A stretch of 64,000 nt of DNA from Octopus sinensis (taxonomy: Eukaryota): the NCBI RefSeq assembly GCF_006345805.1, contig NC_043008.1, positions 44,144,001-44,208,000 on the forward strand, in the 5' to 3' direction. The notes under the pieces are model-generated. The model searched no databases. It saw only the letters and a list, made by a program, of their open reading frames with translations, and had not been told where the DNA came from. Positions 1-13,661 of the stretch are shown here, piece after piece. The position numbers were made by a program, and so were the translations under genes. Position 1 is the stretch's first letter. Each line of letters opens with the position of its first letter.

Positions 1-714
1 ATACATGTAAGAGTTGTCCAATGTACATGTCTCTGGAAAGTTCTAGTATCAAATGACCACCACCTAAGCAAGGTCTTTTTATCTATGCCCCACCAAAATC
101 AGTCAGTTTCCCAAGTAGCAGCAGTACACAACATGGATGTTGTCTAAGGGGGAAGAATTGGCCTCCATGAACTTGGCACTTGTTTCGTAGCTGGTGCGAT
201 CTGCACGTAACCCCCGCGAAGAATTTCTCCAACCTTGTTTTATCCAAAGTTCTCAATTCTCCGCTTGTTCAGTGGAACTTTCTTTTCATGTCCTCGATTA
301 ATAACCATGTTCTATTTTATTTTGCACTGATACTATATTAAATCGTTCTCCGACTTGCGAAAGCTAAGTCAATCTCAGATAGGTCTAAATTCTAAGAGAA
401 TACATACAGCAAGGCGTTTCTTTTTGTCAGAGGATTTAATGATGCAACAAATCCATAACAAAGCAGTCAAATCGCCCTCCAATTACACCAATCTGGCTTC
501 GAAACGATGTCACGTTAGACAATATGACACAAGATACATTTAATTTATAGAAAAGTCATGAGGGTCAAAATTAGGTTGGCGTTTATCGTATGTCCTCTCA
601 ATCAGGTGTGACCTGGAGCTAGACAAAAAGTAGCAATAATGGCTATTTAATTAATAGAATAGATATACATACAAGATACTTATAAACATGCATGCACACC
701 CACTTATACACATA

Positions 715-930
715 TATTTCTTTACTACCCACTAGGGCCTAAACATAGAGGGGACAAACAAGGACAGACAAAGGAATTAAGTCGATTACATCGAATCCAG
801 TGCGAAACTGGTACTTTACTTAATCGACCCTGAAATGATGAAAGACAAAGTCGACCTCGGCGGAATTTGAACTCAGAACGTAATGGCAGACGAAATACGG
901 CATGCTAAAGTCTCTGCTAGCTCGCCGCCT
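715..930 (-). mobile_element. SINE family A (tRNA-derived), internally deleted copy
   Basis: Reverse complement matches the family seen throughout the window: GGCGGCGAGCTGGCAG head, GAGTTCAAATTCC B-box, CCTTTCATC...GGTCGAT..TAAGTACCAG core, GGGTAGTAAAGAAAT tail. Confidence 0.85.
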
Positions 931-984
931 TCCACTTCTACATATATGGATAGATAGATATGTGTGTGTGTGTGCGTAATCTTT

Positions 985-1615
985 TACATGCAACAGTCAC
1001 TACGCTGTGCCCATGCTGGGGCTCTACCTTGAAGGGTTTAGTGAATAACCTCCAGTTTATATTTTAATATTTTATATTTCATCTTCCTTTTCCAAACGGT
1101 TAAATTAATGGAACGTAAACAAGCCAACACCGGTCGTCAAATGCGGCTGGGTGACACATACAAATGAATCGTCACGCATACAAACACACACATAAGAACG
1201 ACTGGCTTCCACAATTTTCCCTCTGTCAAATTCATTCACAAGACATTGATCCTCTCTAGGGTATAGTAGAAATATATAGAAAATTACCACCTGTATCATC
1301 TCTTGTGAAATGTAGAAGTGTCCAGTTTGCTGGACATTGTTGTAGAGCAAAAACGAGGTAATTTCTACTCTTCTCCTCTGGAAGTCATCTGCTCGCGATA
1401 CCAGAGGGCGCACACTCTCCTACCCTAATGTAATCTCCAGGGATACAGGCATCCAGCAACAGGACCTCTGTAATAATACGATGTACCGTGAAGTCTGACT
1501 TAACATAGCAAATCCCATTGTCTCGACCACGGTCGACCATTGATGATGATAGTAGAAAACACCTGCCCCAGGTACCACAAAGCGGAACTCAACCCGAAAG
1601 CAAAAGCTTACCAAG
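985..1615 (-). mobile_element. SINE family B, degenerate, interrupted by a LINE fragment
   Basis: Similar to the other family B copies. It is split at ATAGTAGAAA by the 1273-1548 insertion. Confidence 0.7.
1273..1548 (+). mobile_element. 5'-truncated RTE-like LINE 3' end (degenerate ORF2 C-terminus)
   Basis: Translates with one frameshift to VQFAGHCCRAK-EVISTLLLWKSSARDTRGRTLSYPNVISRDTGIQQQDL. It has a (GAT)n tail and a 10-bp TSD ATAGTAGAAA at 1263-1272 and 1549-1558. Confidence 0.75.
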
Positions 1616-2650
1616 TGAGTTTCTTAACCAGAAAGATATCATTTGTTTTAGTAATTGTATTTACTTTATCGACCGTCGCGGCTTCAATCAGGGTGTAGAA
1701 GTTGGCAAGATTAGGAAAAACATTCAAATGAAAAAGAATCGAAAGAAGCACCATATTTCTTTGATTGTATTCGTCTTACTGAAATTATTCCAAGAACATG
1801 ACCATCAGCTGTGATTAATTTTAACTAATACTCTTCCTCCTCCTTTTCTCACTGATATATCTATTTTATTATTTATTTATAACAAACACAATTTATTATA
1901 AGAGGAATAAAATATATATTTTTGTCAGAGAATACATGAATGTAAAATGATTGTTGATGTTAGTATAGTTCGTTAATTTTATACGCGAAGATTAATGAGA
2001 ATCGGTGATATTTTAAATCCATATATTTGATGGGTTGAGATAAGTTAAAAACATGACATTGCTTGACTTTTAGCGAATTGATGGCTGTGTTATAATAACA
2101 GATTCCCATTATAATTTCGAGTTTTGCAATCAATCTGTACGGATGGTGACATCCGTTGAAAATATGGCAGCAATCAAAAATGACCTCTCAATATATACAT
2201 ATATTATTAATGGCGTTATTTGTAACCAATAATTGGGGATAGCAGTGTACAAGAATCATTACACAACTTTCTTTCAAGCTACGTTACACGAAGTGATAAA
2301 TTAGATGATCGATATTAAGATTTAAACTGTAATATTGGCAAAATATACTACAAGTGCGGGTTAATTTTAATGTGGTCAGAGTTACCTTTCGATGGAATAA
2401 AGTAAGATGACAGCCACTGGAAAATAAGATGATATAAAGATGGCTGTCATACTTGCTAATGAACAATTTCGCAATTTAGTACAGCTTTCACAGTTTACTG
2501 TCTCATTAAACAACCACGAGAAATAGAAGACGGGAACTTTAAGCTTACCAAAAATGTATTGTAACTCATTATATCAAAATTTCTGTTATAAACATATATG
2601 AATGCATGTAGTTATGTAGAAGTATATGTATGCATATTTATGAGTGCGCG

Positions 2651-2686
<36 letters not shown>

Positions 2687-4765
2687 CGTGCAATTCATAT
2701 ATATATATACATAAATATATATGCTTTATAATCTCTCTCCCCCTCTCTCTCTATCTATATCTACATATTTATATATAAATATGTGTTAATATATATGTGT
2801 GTTGTGTGTATATATGCATATATATGTATGTATGTTTCTATCTATACTCTCTTACGTGTTTCAGTCATGTGACTGTGGCCATGTTGGAGCACCACCTTTA
2901 GTCGAGCGAATCGATCCCAGGAAAAAAGGTTTTGTAAGGGATTATAATACTATCCATGTAGAAGAAACCCCTATATTTTTAACCTAATTTTTGACAAATG
3001 AGAAAGGGTTCCTTATACACGTTGACATACGGTAATACGTACGCACCAGTTGCCAGGAATGGATTTAATTAGTAAATTTCTCTAACGTATTGACAGTTTA
3101 TGAATGTGTTCGCAGATGGCTAAATGATTGGATATAATACTGAAAAGGGTTCAATAATTCCTGAAATAAGCATATACACCTATTAACTACTTTTCTTTTT
3201 GCGATCGCATTGTCTATGTTGGTGTATTTGTATACAAAACATCGTATATCTCAGTGCTGGCTTTTTGCTCTGTAGGGATAATTAAGAAAATGTGCATGGA
3301 TTATTTAAAAGTGATACACACACACACACTCACCCCCCCCATATGCACGTATATGTATGTTTAAATATATATGTTTATATGTATGTAACTGTTTATGTGT
3401 ATATAAATGTATATTTTTATATGTATATTCAGCGGTGCATCAGCATGGGCGCAGTTATGAGCAGAAACTAGAGCAAAAAATAAAATACATGCATGTATAT
3501 CTAGAACTCTTTGAGTGACAGCATAGAGATTATCCTCAATTGTTAGGTTGAGAATAATGAGATAAGAGGTAATACATACAATTCTACTGTCTGATACTTG
3601 CGATGCAAATTACCTGACAGGCATATCAAATCTTTATCCGTTCCTTTCAACAGATAAACCAGCAAAATGTGATTTTCTGTAGTATAAATGAAGTAATCTC
3701 AGCAAAGAACAACTTTCTTTTCTCATGATTTAACAAATAATATGTTTTTCTTATATTGCCAGACACAATTACGTGTTTCTGTGTGCTGTTGTTATTTGTT
3801 GAATTCATCTGTACTGATTTTTTTAGTAAAAATTATATCCAGCACTGATTTTGCTACGATCGTTTCGTATCCGAGACAACTGATGCAAAGAGCAGCAATG
3901 AAAACGAAGATGGAAAATAGTTTATGGGCGTAAATGAAACTTTTCAGGAAATTTTGATCTTTAATCAACACCCAACCCATTAACTATCCAGGAACACATT
4001 GCTTAAATAGCCATTAAATACAGTAAATATACCAATTTTAGATATTAAACACATTCTTACGTAGCAGCTCTGCGTACATATTAATAACTTGTATGAACAC
4101 CGTATTTCGCTATGCCACCTTAATATCCTGGAATCGCTATATAAGGCTGCTATATAAGTCTACTTACTCCTACACTTTTAGCAGTGCTATCAAATCACAG
4201 ATGTTCTATACAAATTATAGCCAGCGCTGATTTTGTCTTGATGTTTCGTATCTGAAACTCTTGATATCATTAAGAGTCTCTGGTTATTATTGTTGTTTAA
4301 TTCCACATTGCTTTTCATCAGAGATATGTATGCCGTAATATACTAAATACAGGAGTTGGTCCTACAATATGCATGTAAATAAAGCTAATCTGTTTAATTT
4401 TTTAATTATACCTATGTCGTAATGTGATGCTGCCAAGACTATATCGGATAAATTTCATTCGTGGTAGATTTAATAATACCCTATTCAATGGGTCTACCTC
4501 GTTCTAGAAAAAGAGGAGACTAGAAGAGGTGTGACCTGTATTTGTTTTAGGCCAAGCATTGACGCAATGAAGCCGATAATTGATATTTTTGTAGTAGTTC
4601 TTCCACTGTAATCGATTTCGAATAATCGATGCCATTGTCCTGCATATTTTACCAAAAAAATAATTCAGTTAAGAAAACCAATCGAAAATTCTTGAATCGC
4701 CCGAATTTTAAATTGGAATTGGGGAATAATATACAAATGGCTGTAAAGATACTCCTGCGTCTATA

Positions 4766-5145
4766 GTGGCTGTGGGGTAAGAAGCTTGTTTCCTAACCAC
4801 ATGGTTCCGGGTTCAGTCCCACTGTGTGACACCTTCGGCAAATATCTTCGGATATAGCCTCGAGCCGACCGAAGCCTTGTGAGTATATTTGGTAGACGGG
4901 CACTGAAAGAAGCCTGTCGTATACATATATATGTATATATGTATATACGTATATATATGTATCAGTGTGTTTGTTATTTGTGACTGTGTTTACTCCCCGT
5001 CACTTAGCGGTTCAGCAAAGGGAACCGGTAGGATAATGGATAATTATTTGGCTTACAAAGAATAAGTCCTGTGGTCGATTTTTTCGTCTAAAAATGGTGC
5101 TCTATCACGACAACAGTCAAATGACTGAAACAAGTAAGAGAATAA
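4766..5145 (+). mobile_element. SINE family B, near full length
   Basis: A-box-like TGGCTGTGGGGTAAG, B-box GGTTCAGTCCC, internal TA/TG microsatellite, 3' GTCAAATGACTGAAACAAGTAA tail. Confidence 0.9.
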
Positions 5146-5165
5146 AACAATATGCTACACTGTTA

Positions 5166-5649
5166 TTATTGAGAGCTTCCTCTAATACGTGGCATTTTGT
5201 GAATAAGGGAGTTTGATATCGCTACGCTCATTTGACCCTCTTGCCGCGAGGTAGGTTCATGTAGGACTCTCAGCTGGGAGAGGTTCAGTTTTGATTTGAA
5301 AGCCCCTACATCCACTTTGCGTGGGTCACGTTGGTTCTTTGGGAGAATATTAAAAAGCTGCGATCCCCTGAAAACCAGGCTGTTGCAGTAACTGGTTTTG
5401 AAACGTGATGGGATTCCTGGGACCTTTAGCACTGTGCTGTGTCGACCCCTACTGGCATTTGTGTAGCTTTCAATGCCAACATTTGTCGCAAATCTTTCCA
5501 GGATCTCCATGTGTATATTACTACATACCTCTCCACCCGCTTCGCTGCAGGGAGCAGAGTTTTAGCTGTTACAGCCTTTCTCAGTAGCTGATCTGTTTCA
5601 ATGCAATGTTCTTTGTGAAGCTCCGCCGGATTGCTTCAAGGTCCGCTGT
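5166..5649 (-). mobile_element. CR1/L2-group LINE, 3' end of ORF2 (decayed)
   Basis: ...ERL*QLKLCSLQR...ILERFATNVGIESYTN...SYCNSLVFRGSQLFNILPKN..DVGAFKSKL is a typical CR1-group C-terminus with stops and frameshifts. A related copy lies at 62560-62945. Confidence 0.8.
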
Positions 5650-5918
5650 TAATTTTACTATATATATATATATATATATAGTAGCAATGGCATGAACGAG
5701 ATGGAACTAATAAAAGTGCATAGGAAATTCTATGCATCTATGTGTGTATATGTGCGTGCATGTGTGCGCGTGTGTGTGTATAATACGCACGTATACATGC
5801 AATATATATATATATATATACATACATAATACACACAGAGGCGCACATACACATATATATATTTACATACGTAAACATGCATGTATACGAATGTAAGCAT
5901 ATATATTTATGTATATAT

Positions 5919-5965
<47 letters not shown>

Positions 5966-6874
5966 GTGTGTGTATACATATTTTTAATTAGTTACAAATC
6001 GATAGTGAATAGTTCCTGTGATAAAAATCAAAAGCCTTATTATTATCCCTCCGTTGTATACGATTTCGTCCAACAACGTATCGCAACAAAAAGTCAATTT
6101 AAAGTTGAAAATCTAATACATTTTTCAAGTTGTCGAATGGAATTAGAATAAAGTAATTGGCAGCCATCCAGAAGATACAGCTTAGGTAATCATAACATGG
6201 AACCGTTATATCTAATTAGAACCATCGAGAAATCTAGCAAGATTGACGAGATCTGATGTATAAAGATTACTTGAACTTTCAAATTGTTCCGCCGGCGTAA
6301 TATATAGATTCCACAATGATTAGTTTGATACGGAGATCGCTTTGGTTAATTACGTTTTTTCTCTGTGGTCAGAATTTCCGTGTTGTTCTATATTTCATTC
6401 CTTATTCCTCACTGCTGTTTCCATGTTGCAGATTTCTATGAAATATGAAAGTATTTAAAACAGCAATGATGTAGAGGGAATCATCAAAGAAATGGAAATT
6501 TCCTCTTGGTTTCTGCTTTGTAAAATGTCAGGAGATCCATTAAAGAAATGTTCATCCATTTTTTTTTGTTTCTTTCAAGAAGCTTCAAGTCACCGATTAA
6601 CTGAACGGATTGTAATAGTGTTGATCGAAATATATTTAACATATAACACACATACGCATACACTCTCTCACACACACACACATGTTTATACAAAGGCGTA
6701 AATTAGTAGGTAAGAAACATCCTTGTCAAACAGGATGTCATGTGTTCATTACCATTTTGGAGCATTGTCTCCTAGTTCCTTAGACCAGGGCCGACCCATA
6801 AATCTGAGTGAGTAGCATTAGTAGATTAAAACTGAAAGAAACCCCCTCCTGTACATGTGTGCATGCGAGCGTGC

Positions 6875-6911
<37 letters not shown>

Positions 6912-7204
6912 TTCCAGAGGAAAAGTTATCTAAATAGTGGAAGCGCAAAGGTAGCGCGACTTATATATACTAACAAAGTATAAAGACGAATACGTATTCA
7001 TGCACATACACACACAATAAATTCTAAAAAAGCACAAAAGCAGGGAAAAGGGAAAAACAATCGAACGTTAGCGCGTAGCACAATCAAAGCAGTAATAAGA
7101 CGTTCAGAGAATGATAAGAGTAGTTGTTTTAAGTGTCGAGCATAGCACTTCTACGGAATCAGGAAAAACACCAAAGCCTAATGGTAAGAAGGAAGAAATA
7201 TTTA

Positions 7205-7276
7205 CATACGTATGTATGTATGTATGTATGTATGTATGTATGTATGTATGTATGTATGTATGTATGTATGTATGTA
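7205..7276. repeat. (GTAT)n microsatellite
   Basis: Direct reading; source of the YVCM-repeat ORFs. Confidence 0.95.
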
Positions 7277-7394
7277 CGTATGTATACATGTGTGTATATT
7301 ATGAGCGTGTGTTTTCCACACTATATTATATATAAATATATTTTATGTGTATATTAAACACAGATATGCACACATACACTCACGCATATATATA

Positions 7395-7542
7395 GACACT
7401 AAACACAGAGGGCGCTGAAGCAAGTGTTAAATGATACTCACTGATGACCTGAAATGACGTTCACTTCCAGTTAGCATGTAGTGAAACATTATGTTTAACT
7501 GGTTAGCTTACCTGTTGTATATTATCTTTTGAGTAGTACCAG

Positions 7543-7546
<4 letters not shown>
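7395..7546 (+). repeat. ~150-bp non-coding repeat, copy 1 (inverted relative to 11375-11527)
   Basis: Near-identical reverse complement at 11375-11527. It ends in (TA)n and contains broken hammerhead parts. Confidence 0.9.
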
Positions 7547-7598
<52 letters not shown>

Positions 7599-8876
7599 AC
7601 TCACATACACACACACACACACACACTCACGTATATCTGTATACACATAGAAATAATTATATGTTTGTTTGTGTGTCTTAATTATTCTCTCTAACTTTTC
7701 TGCCAGCTTGCCACGTATAAGTACCATAAGCAACGTTTACTAATTTGCACTCAAAGCCAGCAACTTTAGCGTGCTGAACCAGATCGATTACAATAAGACC
7801 AGCAGTTGACTGCTACATTATTTTATTTAATCAACTATGAAAGGATGAAAGGCAAAGATGATTTCGGCAGTGTTTGAAGCAAGTACTGAAAGAGCCGTTA
7901 GAAATACTATTTGTTTTTATCTTGTCCATCGAGGTTACGATTGTGCCATCACAACCCTTATTTATAAGCATAAATAAGTGGCTTCTTGTATAAACTATGA
8001 GATAAAAGAACAACGTGACACTGGAGAAGAAAAATATATGGCGATGATTGGCAGATATTTTCAGAGATTTTCCCAAGAAATATTTGCTTCCCATTTTGGC
8101 ACAAGGTACGTAATTTCGTTGTTGGGTGTAAGTCAGTTAGATTACTCCTGTGATCGTATGTTACGTATTTCATCGAACACGATAGAATAAAGGCAAAGTC
8201 GACCGCAACGAAAGTTAGAACTCAGAGTTTAAAGACAGACGTAGTGCCACTAAGCATTTTGTTCAGAGCGCTCAGGTTTCTGCCAGCTCGTCGGCTTATT
8301 TTCTCTAGAAATATTAAGGTGAGAATTATGAAGTGACGTGGTGTTATGATAATTTTTCAGGTAATAATTTCGCAAATATAAGCTCCAAGTGCATCTCCTG
8401 TGTAGATATGTATATTATTTGTTTGAGATACTTAGATCAAAGGAGATCAGTAAAGATCTGAGAGACAAGCACCCTAAAAATTGGAAATGAGAATTTTGCG
8501 ATATGAAATATGTATATAACTAAGGTAATAGTTAACAAGTATTGTCAGAAATCAAAGGGAAAACTGCCTGTTCCATATATTTGTTTAGGTGAACTGTACA
8601 TGAGAAAATCACATTTATACCTTAATATCGCTTTCCATTTGTTTATTTGGTATGACGCACATGGAGGTTTTACTGTCGTGGCTGTTACAAAATCCTCACT
8701 GAATTGAGATTTCCTAAAGATATTAGCAGCTTCCAAGACATGTGATGGTTTTTAATGAGAGAACAGAAACCAGGTGCATGAATTAATGATATAAATAGAA
8801 AGACACTTGTTTAATGTGAAGAGTAATAACAAAGTGGATCGACACAGAATATCACAAGTCTGCCTTATATACATAG

Positions 8877-8957
8877 AACGCAGCGACGACTCCTGGTCAA
8901 TATGGCGGTAGAACGGACATAGGAGAACGATACAAAGACACAGATTTTTATATGGAG
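8877..8957 (+). CDS. Candidate internal coding exon, phase 0-0: NAATTPGQYGGRTDIGERYKDTDFYME
   Basis: Acceptor tacatAG at 8875-8876, consensus donor GAG|GTGAGA at 8958, 27 open codons, locally GC-richer. No homolog recognised. Confidence 0.35.
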
Positions 8958-10699
8958 GTGAGAAATTATTTCCGTTACCATGCCGTACCTTGTGGTTGTT
9001 AACAAGGATTTGTGGGTGAAATTTGGGGATTGAAACTGAAATGCTATTAATGTGTGTGGTGTGGTACATAAGTGTGTGTGTGTGTGTGTGTGTGTGCATG
9101 TGTGCTTACGTATGTATATGTATAGTGGAAAATTAATATATATGCCAGTCTATAAATATTTAGTTCCGTCGTACATCTCACCACCGTATTAATTCTGAAC
9201 TCGTCGTTCGATATTCCAAGTGCATTTGGGCGCCTAACTAGTTACGCATTACACTGGCTGAAACCAGTGACAGATAATAGATGAAGGACAAAGCGTAACT
9301 AGTGTTTCGAAATTGTGCTTGCATTCGTTATATCAACATATTTTACTTTGTGATATTAGAACCTATTCTGTCTTACAAATAAATTTATGACTCGGTGGCT
9401 CTCCTTTCTTACTGATTACGCCACACTGCTCAGGTTCGGGTTGGGCTCCGTAAAAAATATGAATTTTCTAGTTTTACCAGCAAAATTTATTAGATCATTT
9501 CGATTCAATAAGATGTGTCTCTTTATTTTTGACAATGCTTGAATTTAGCGTTAAGGCGAAATAACACACTAATTAATTTCTGATTGCCAATCGAAATGTA
9601 GAATCGGAATTAAAAGAAAACGAGAGAATTAGAAAAATTGTTTGGTGGTCACCAACAGGAAAAAATTTCAGTTTGATATAATGAGAAATTTTCATTTTCG
9701 TTTTTAAAATATTAATGCAGTCGATTATACATGCATATTAATCTACTTGTTCGTTTATCAGAGTGAGGGAATAAACGAATGCATTACTGGAAAATAGTGT
9801 GTGCATTAGAATATATTTTAAGTGAAACTTAAAATCTCATTAAAATTTGCGTATTCGTGTGTATGTCACCTTCTGCATATTCAGCATTACCTCTGTAATG
9901 CAAATTTTAAAATGAAAACCTGTTTTTTGTACGGATCACTTGAGGCTGTTTATCAGTAATTAGGAATAAAAAAAATTAAGATTAAATTGAAAAACAGAAA
10001 ACATGAAATAAATAAATAAATAAAAATAAAATTTAAATCGAGGATGTTGTTAGAAGGTGAGAAAATGTTAAAAGATGTCACGATTTTTAAATATGTCATC
10101 GTTATAATTGAAGTCTAAACTGTTGAAGGAAGATATGGCCTATTAATTAGTCAACTGATATTTCAAGACAAATTAAGATAATTATGTTCATGCTCAAAGC
10201 TAACAAATCTGATACACTCAACAATTTTCATTTACACGGTGGTCATTTTCCTATAATAGAAGCGAAAACAAACAGGCCTTATTAATATACCTACAGATGC
10301 TGTTGTTAGACCAGTATCAGGAATATGGTCAAATGCATTCCTTCCATGACTATTCCATATTTCGTACATCTAAGACAAGATCTTATCAATATCCCCCTCC
10401 CCGCAAATATTAGATCCGATGCCGAGTTCTAACTAACTGCAATGATAGAACGTACGTGGCGAGTATTTATACTGGTGTTTCCACAACATGCACACATCTC
10501 TTATCTCTTATCTCTTACTTGCTTCAGTCATTAGAATGCGGCCATGCTGGGGCACAACCTTGACGACCCCAAAACATTAAATATTTAATCTATGCCTTAT
10601 AATTAAAGCTGCAAAAACATAACAAAAATATACCGAAAATCTGCTACTCAGATTTTCACGATTCCGTCGTCCGTATATATGTATGTGTGTGAGGGTGCG

Positions 10700-10739
<40 letters not shown>

Positions 10740-10910
10740 CATGTATGCATGCGCGTGTGGGCGCGTGTTTGTATTTGTGATATTTTTGTGATGTTTTTGC
10801 AGCTTCATTATTAAAACATATTACTCTATCTCTGGTATTCGAGTACTACTTCTTCACAACTTGTTTCCCATTTATGTGCTTACTCTAGTATATATATATA
10901 TATATATATA

Positions 10911-11139
10911 CTCTTTTACTATATTACTTGTTTCAGTCATTTGACTGTGGCCATGCTGGAGCACCGCCTTTAGTCGAGCAAATCGACCCCAGGACTTAGT
11001 CTTTGTAAGCCTAGTACTTATTCTATCTGTTTCATTTGCGGAACCGTTGAGTTACGGAGGGGTAAACACACCACCATCGGTTGTCAGCGATGTTGGGTGG
11101 ACAGAGACATACAAACATACAAACACACATACATACATC

Positions 11140-11199
<60 letters not shown>

Positions 11200-11360
11200 T
11201 ATACGATGGGCGTCTTTCAGTTTACGTCTACCAAAACCACTCACAAGGATTTGGTCGGTCTGAGGCTATAGTAGAAGGTGCTTGCCCAAGGTACCACACA
11301 GTGAGAATGAACCTGGATCCATGTGGTTGGTCAGCAAGCTACTTTCCACACAGCCACTCA
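10911..11360 (-). mobile_element. SINE family B, full length
   Basis: Reverse complement of the family B head, core, internal microsatellite and tail. Confidence 0.92.
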
Positions 11361-11374
11361 TATATATATATATA

Positions 11375-11527
11375 TATAGCTGGTACTACTCATAAGATAA
11401 TATACAACAGGTAAGCTAACCAGTTAAACATAATGTTTCACTACATGTTAACTGGAAGTGAACGCCATTTCAGGTCATCAGTGAGTATCATTTAACACTT
11501 GCTTCAGCGCCCTCTGTGTTTAGTGTC
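11375..11527 (-). repeat. ~150-bp non-coding repeat, copy 2
   Basis: Reverse complement of 7395-7546 with a handful of substitutions. Confidence 0.9.
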
Positions 11528-12003
11528 AATGCACCAGGATAGTCAGTAAGTAAATTGATACGATATAATAGCTCGAAAGACTATGACGAACAGAACAGGT
11601 CACAGAACAATGTGACAAATAATGAGAAAACATTTTCAGCAACAACAAACGTATGCATCTGATATGAGACAACTACCGAGTTGGTAGCATACTAAGATAA
11701 AGATGAGTGAGCTATAGCACCTAACGTTAGTTACACACACACACACATATATTTTGTGTGATTATGAATGCACATACATATATAAACATATATATATATA
11801 ATTGTATACAATACTTTATTATCATTAAAAAACAATATATATTTAAATTTAATTTGAAAATAAGTCGATTTAAATTGGTAATACATTTAAGAATAATATA
11901 ATATAATATAATATAACATAATATCTATTCATTAATATATGTGAATATATATATATATGAAAGGTTTTTATGAAATTATTTTAGCATTTTCTATCTTGAC
12001 TTT

Positions 12004-12041
<38 letters not shown>

Positions 12042-13661
12042 TGGTAATATGGATATTTAGAATAACATGATACAATATATATATATATATATCTTGTATT
12101 ATATTATTCTAAATATCCATAAAAAAATTTTAATTTATAAACACACAACCCCCCACACACCTTCACAAACGCGTATTTTTTTTAAATACCTAAATTACTG
12201 GGAGAATTGATTATTTCATGAAAAAAAAATACACATGAATACCTAAAAAGAACTGCAGAAAGAGAAACATGCTCGCAGCTCTTATGTCGCACGCTCTCTT
12301 TTGTCAATAATTTTTTTTTGTGAGACACAACAAGCTAATATGCAATTCCAGTAATTCCTGTAGTTATTACTGAGAAATTTAGCAAGAAATCCATGGAGAT
12401 AAATATTAGCATATACTAAATTTAAATTATCTTTTAATAAAATAGATTTTTATCGCTGCACTCATTTTCATATACACATTTGCATATAATAACTAAGTAT
12501 TTTTTGTTCGCATCTCTTCGTATTTTGTATACATAGAAATTTGTATTCAACGCTGTTTTAATTCGTTTGAGATCTAGTAGAGTAATATTTGTATAAAAGT
12601 TTTAAATGTTGTGTACAAATATTAATGAAATAATTATATTTAAGATAATTTGATTTGGGACGGACCATAAGTTATTACCGGAGGAGGTTTATGCTTTTTC
12701 TTCTCTTTCCCTCTCTGGTTTCTAGCCGCTTACTATTATTATATTCACTCTTTATTTTGCTTTCTCGTATACCATCTATAACTTATATAACAACTTCTAC
12801 TTTCTGACTTTACGAAACCATCTAAAGAAGGACATTTTAGTCAAATTGAACCAGTATGATGAGTACAATTCATTGTAGATGTGCATCACCGGTATGGCTT
12901 CAGTTAAGGAACAACAACATCAGCAACAACTCTATCCTCAGATATTATTCTTCCTTTACAGTTTTTCTTAAAAACTATAATCAGTTATTTTTGCCTGAAT
13001 TAAACACTAAAACTTTTAATTAGTTCCTTACTAACGACATGTCTCGTAGAGAAATCAGCTATAAATAGCATATAACAGTGTAGGTGAATATTCTTCAGAC
13101 TGTAAAAGGCAGAGCTGTCAATCAGAGTCGAACCATCTTCTGTAACACTGACAGACGATAAATAAACACTTAACACTGGAACCTATACATCTGGGTTTCA
13201 GATGTATGGCTCAGGACACGTTGATTAATTTCCACAGTATTATATCCAGGGATAAAGTGTTGTTGTTCGCTGATATTTATAACTAGACTCGTTCCAAGAC
13301 TCATCGTTCATAAAGACTTATTTCCTGACTTGTCAATGCTTCTTCATGCATACTTTATATGTAGACTATAGTTCGTTTTTTTTAAAACTTGTTTCATGTT
13401 CTAGTTACACGGATTTACCAACGGAGTCATTAAGGCTTCCGACACCGAGCGAGTATTTGCACGAATTTCTAGAGTTACTACGTGAATTATTAGAAATACC
13501 AGCTAAATCTACCTCAAATCGCACTTCTATTGTTTACAAGTAGAAGAGCACAACATCAGAAGAGTGAGTGTAAGATGGAGGAATATTAAATAAAATACGA
13601 GGTGGGCGCGCTGGAATTTCGTATCTGCTTGCTTAGTGTTAACCAGGGCTTCTAAACTGGA

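Noticed and set aside
7399-7412. 14-mer CTAAACACAGAGGG shared between the 7395 repeat and SINE A tail 1
   Set aside because: Too short to infer common origin.
9237-9303. 11-bp stem ACTAGTTACGC/GCGTAACTAGT enclosing a 6-bp hairpin
   Set aside because: No hammerhead or twister core. Roughly one such 11-bp inverted repeat is expected by chance in 64 kb.
13346-13570. Frames open on both strands with plausible splice sites
   Set aside because: Conflicting frames and no recognisable protein. The adjacent 13527-13754 ORF partly overlaps SINE C.
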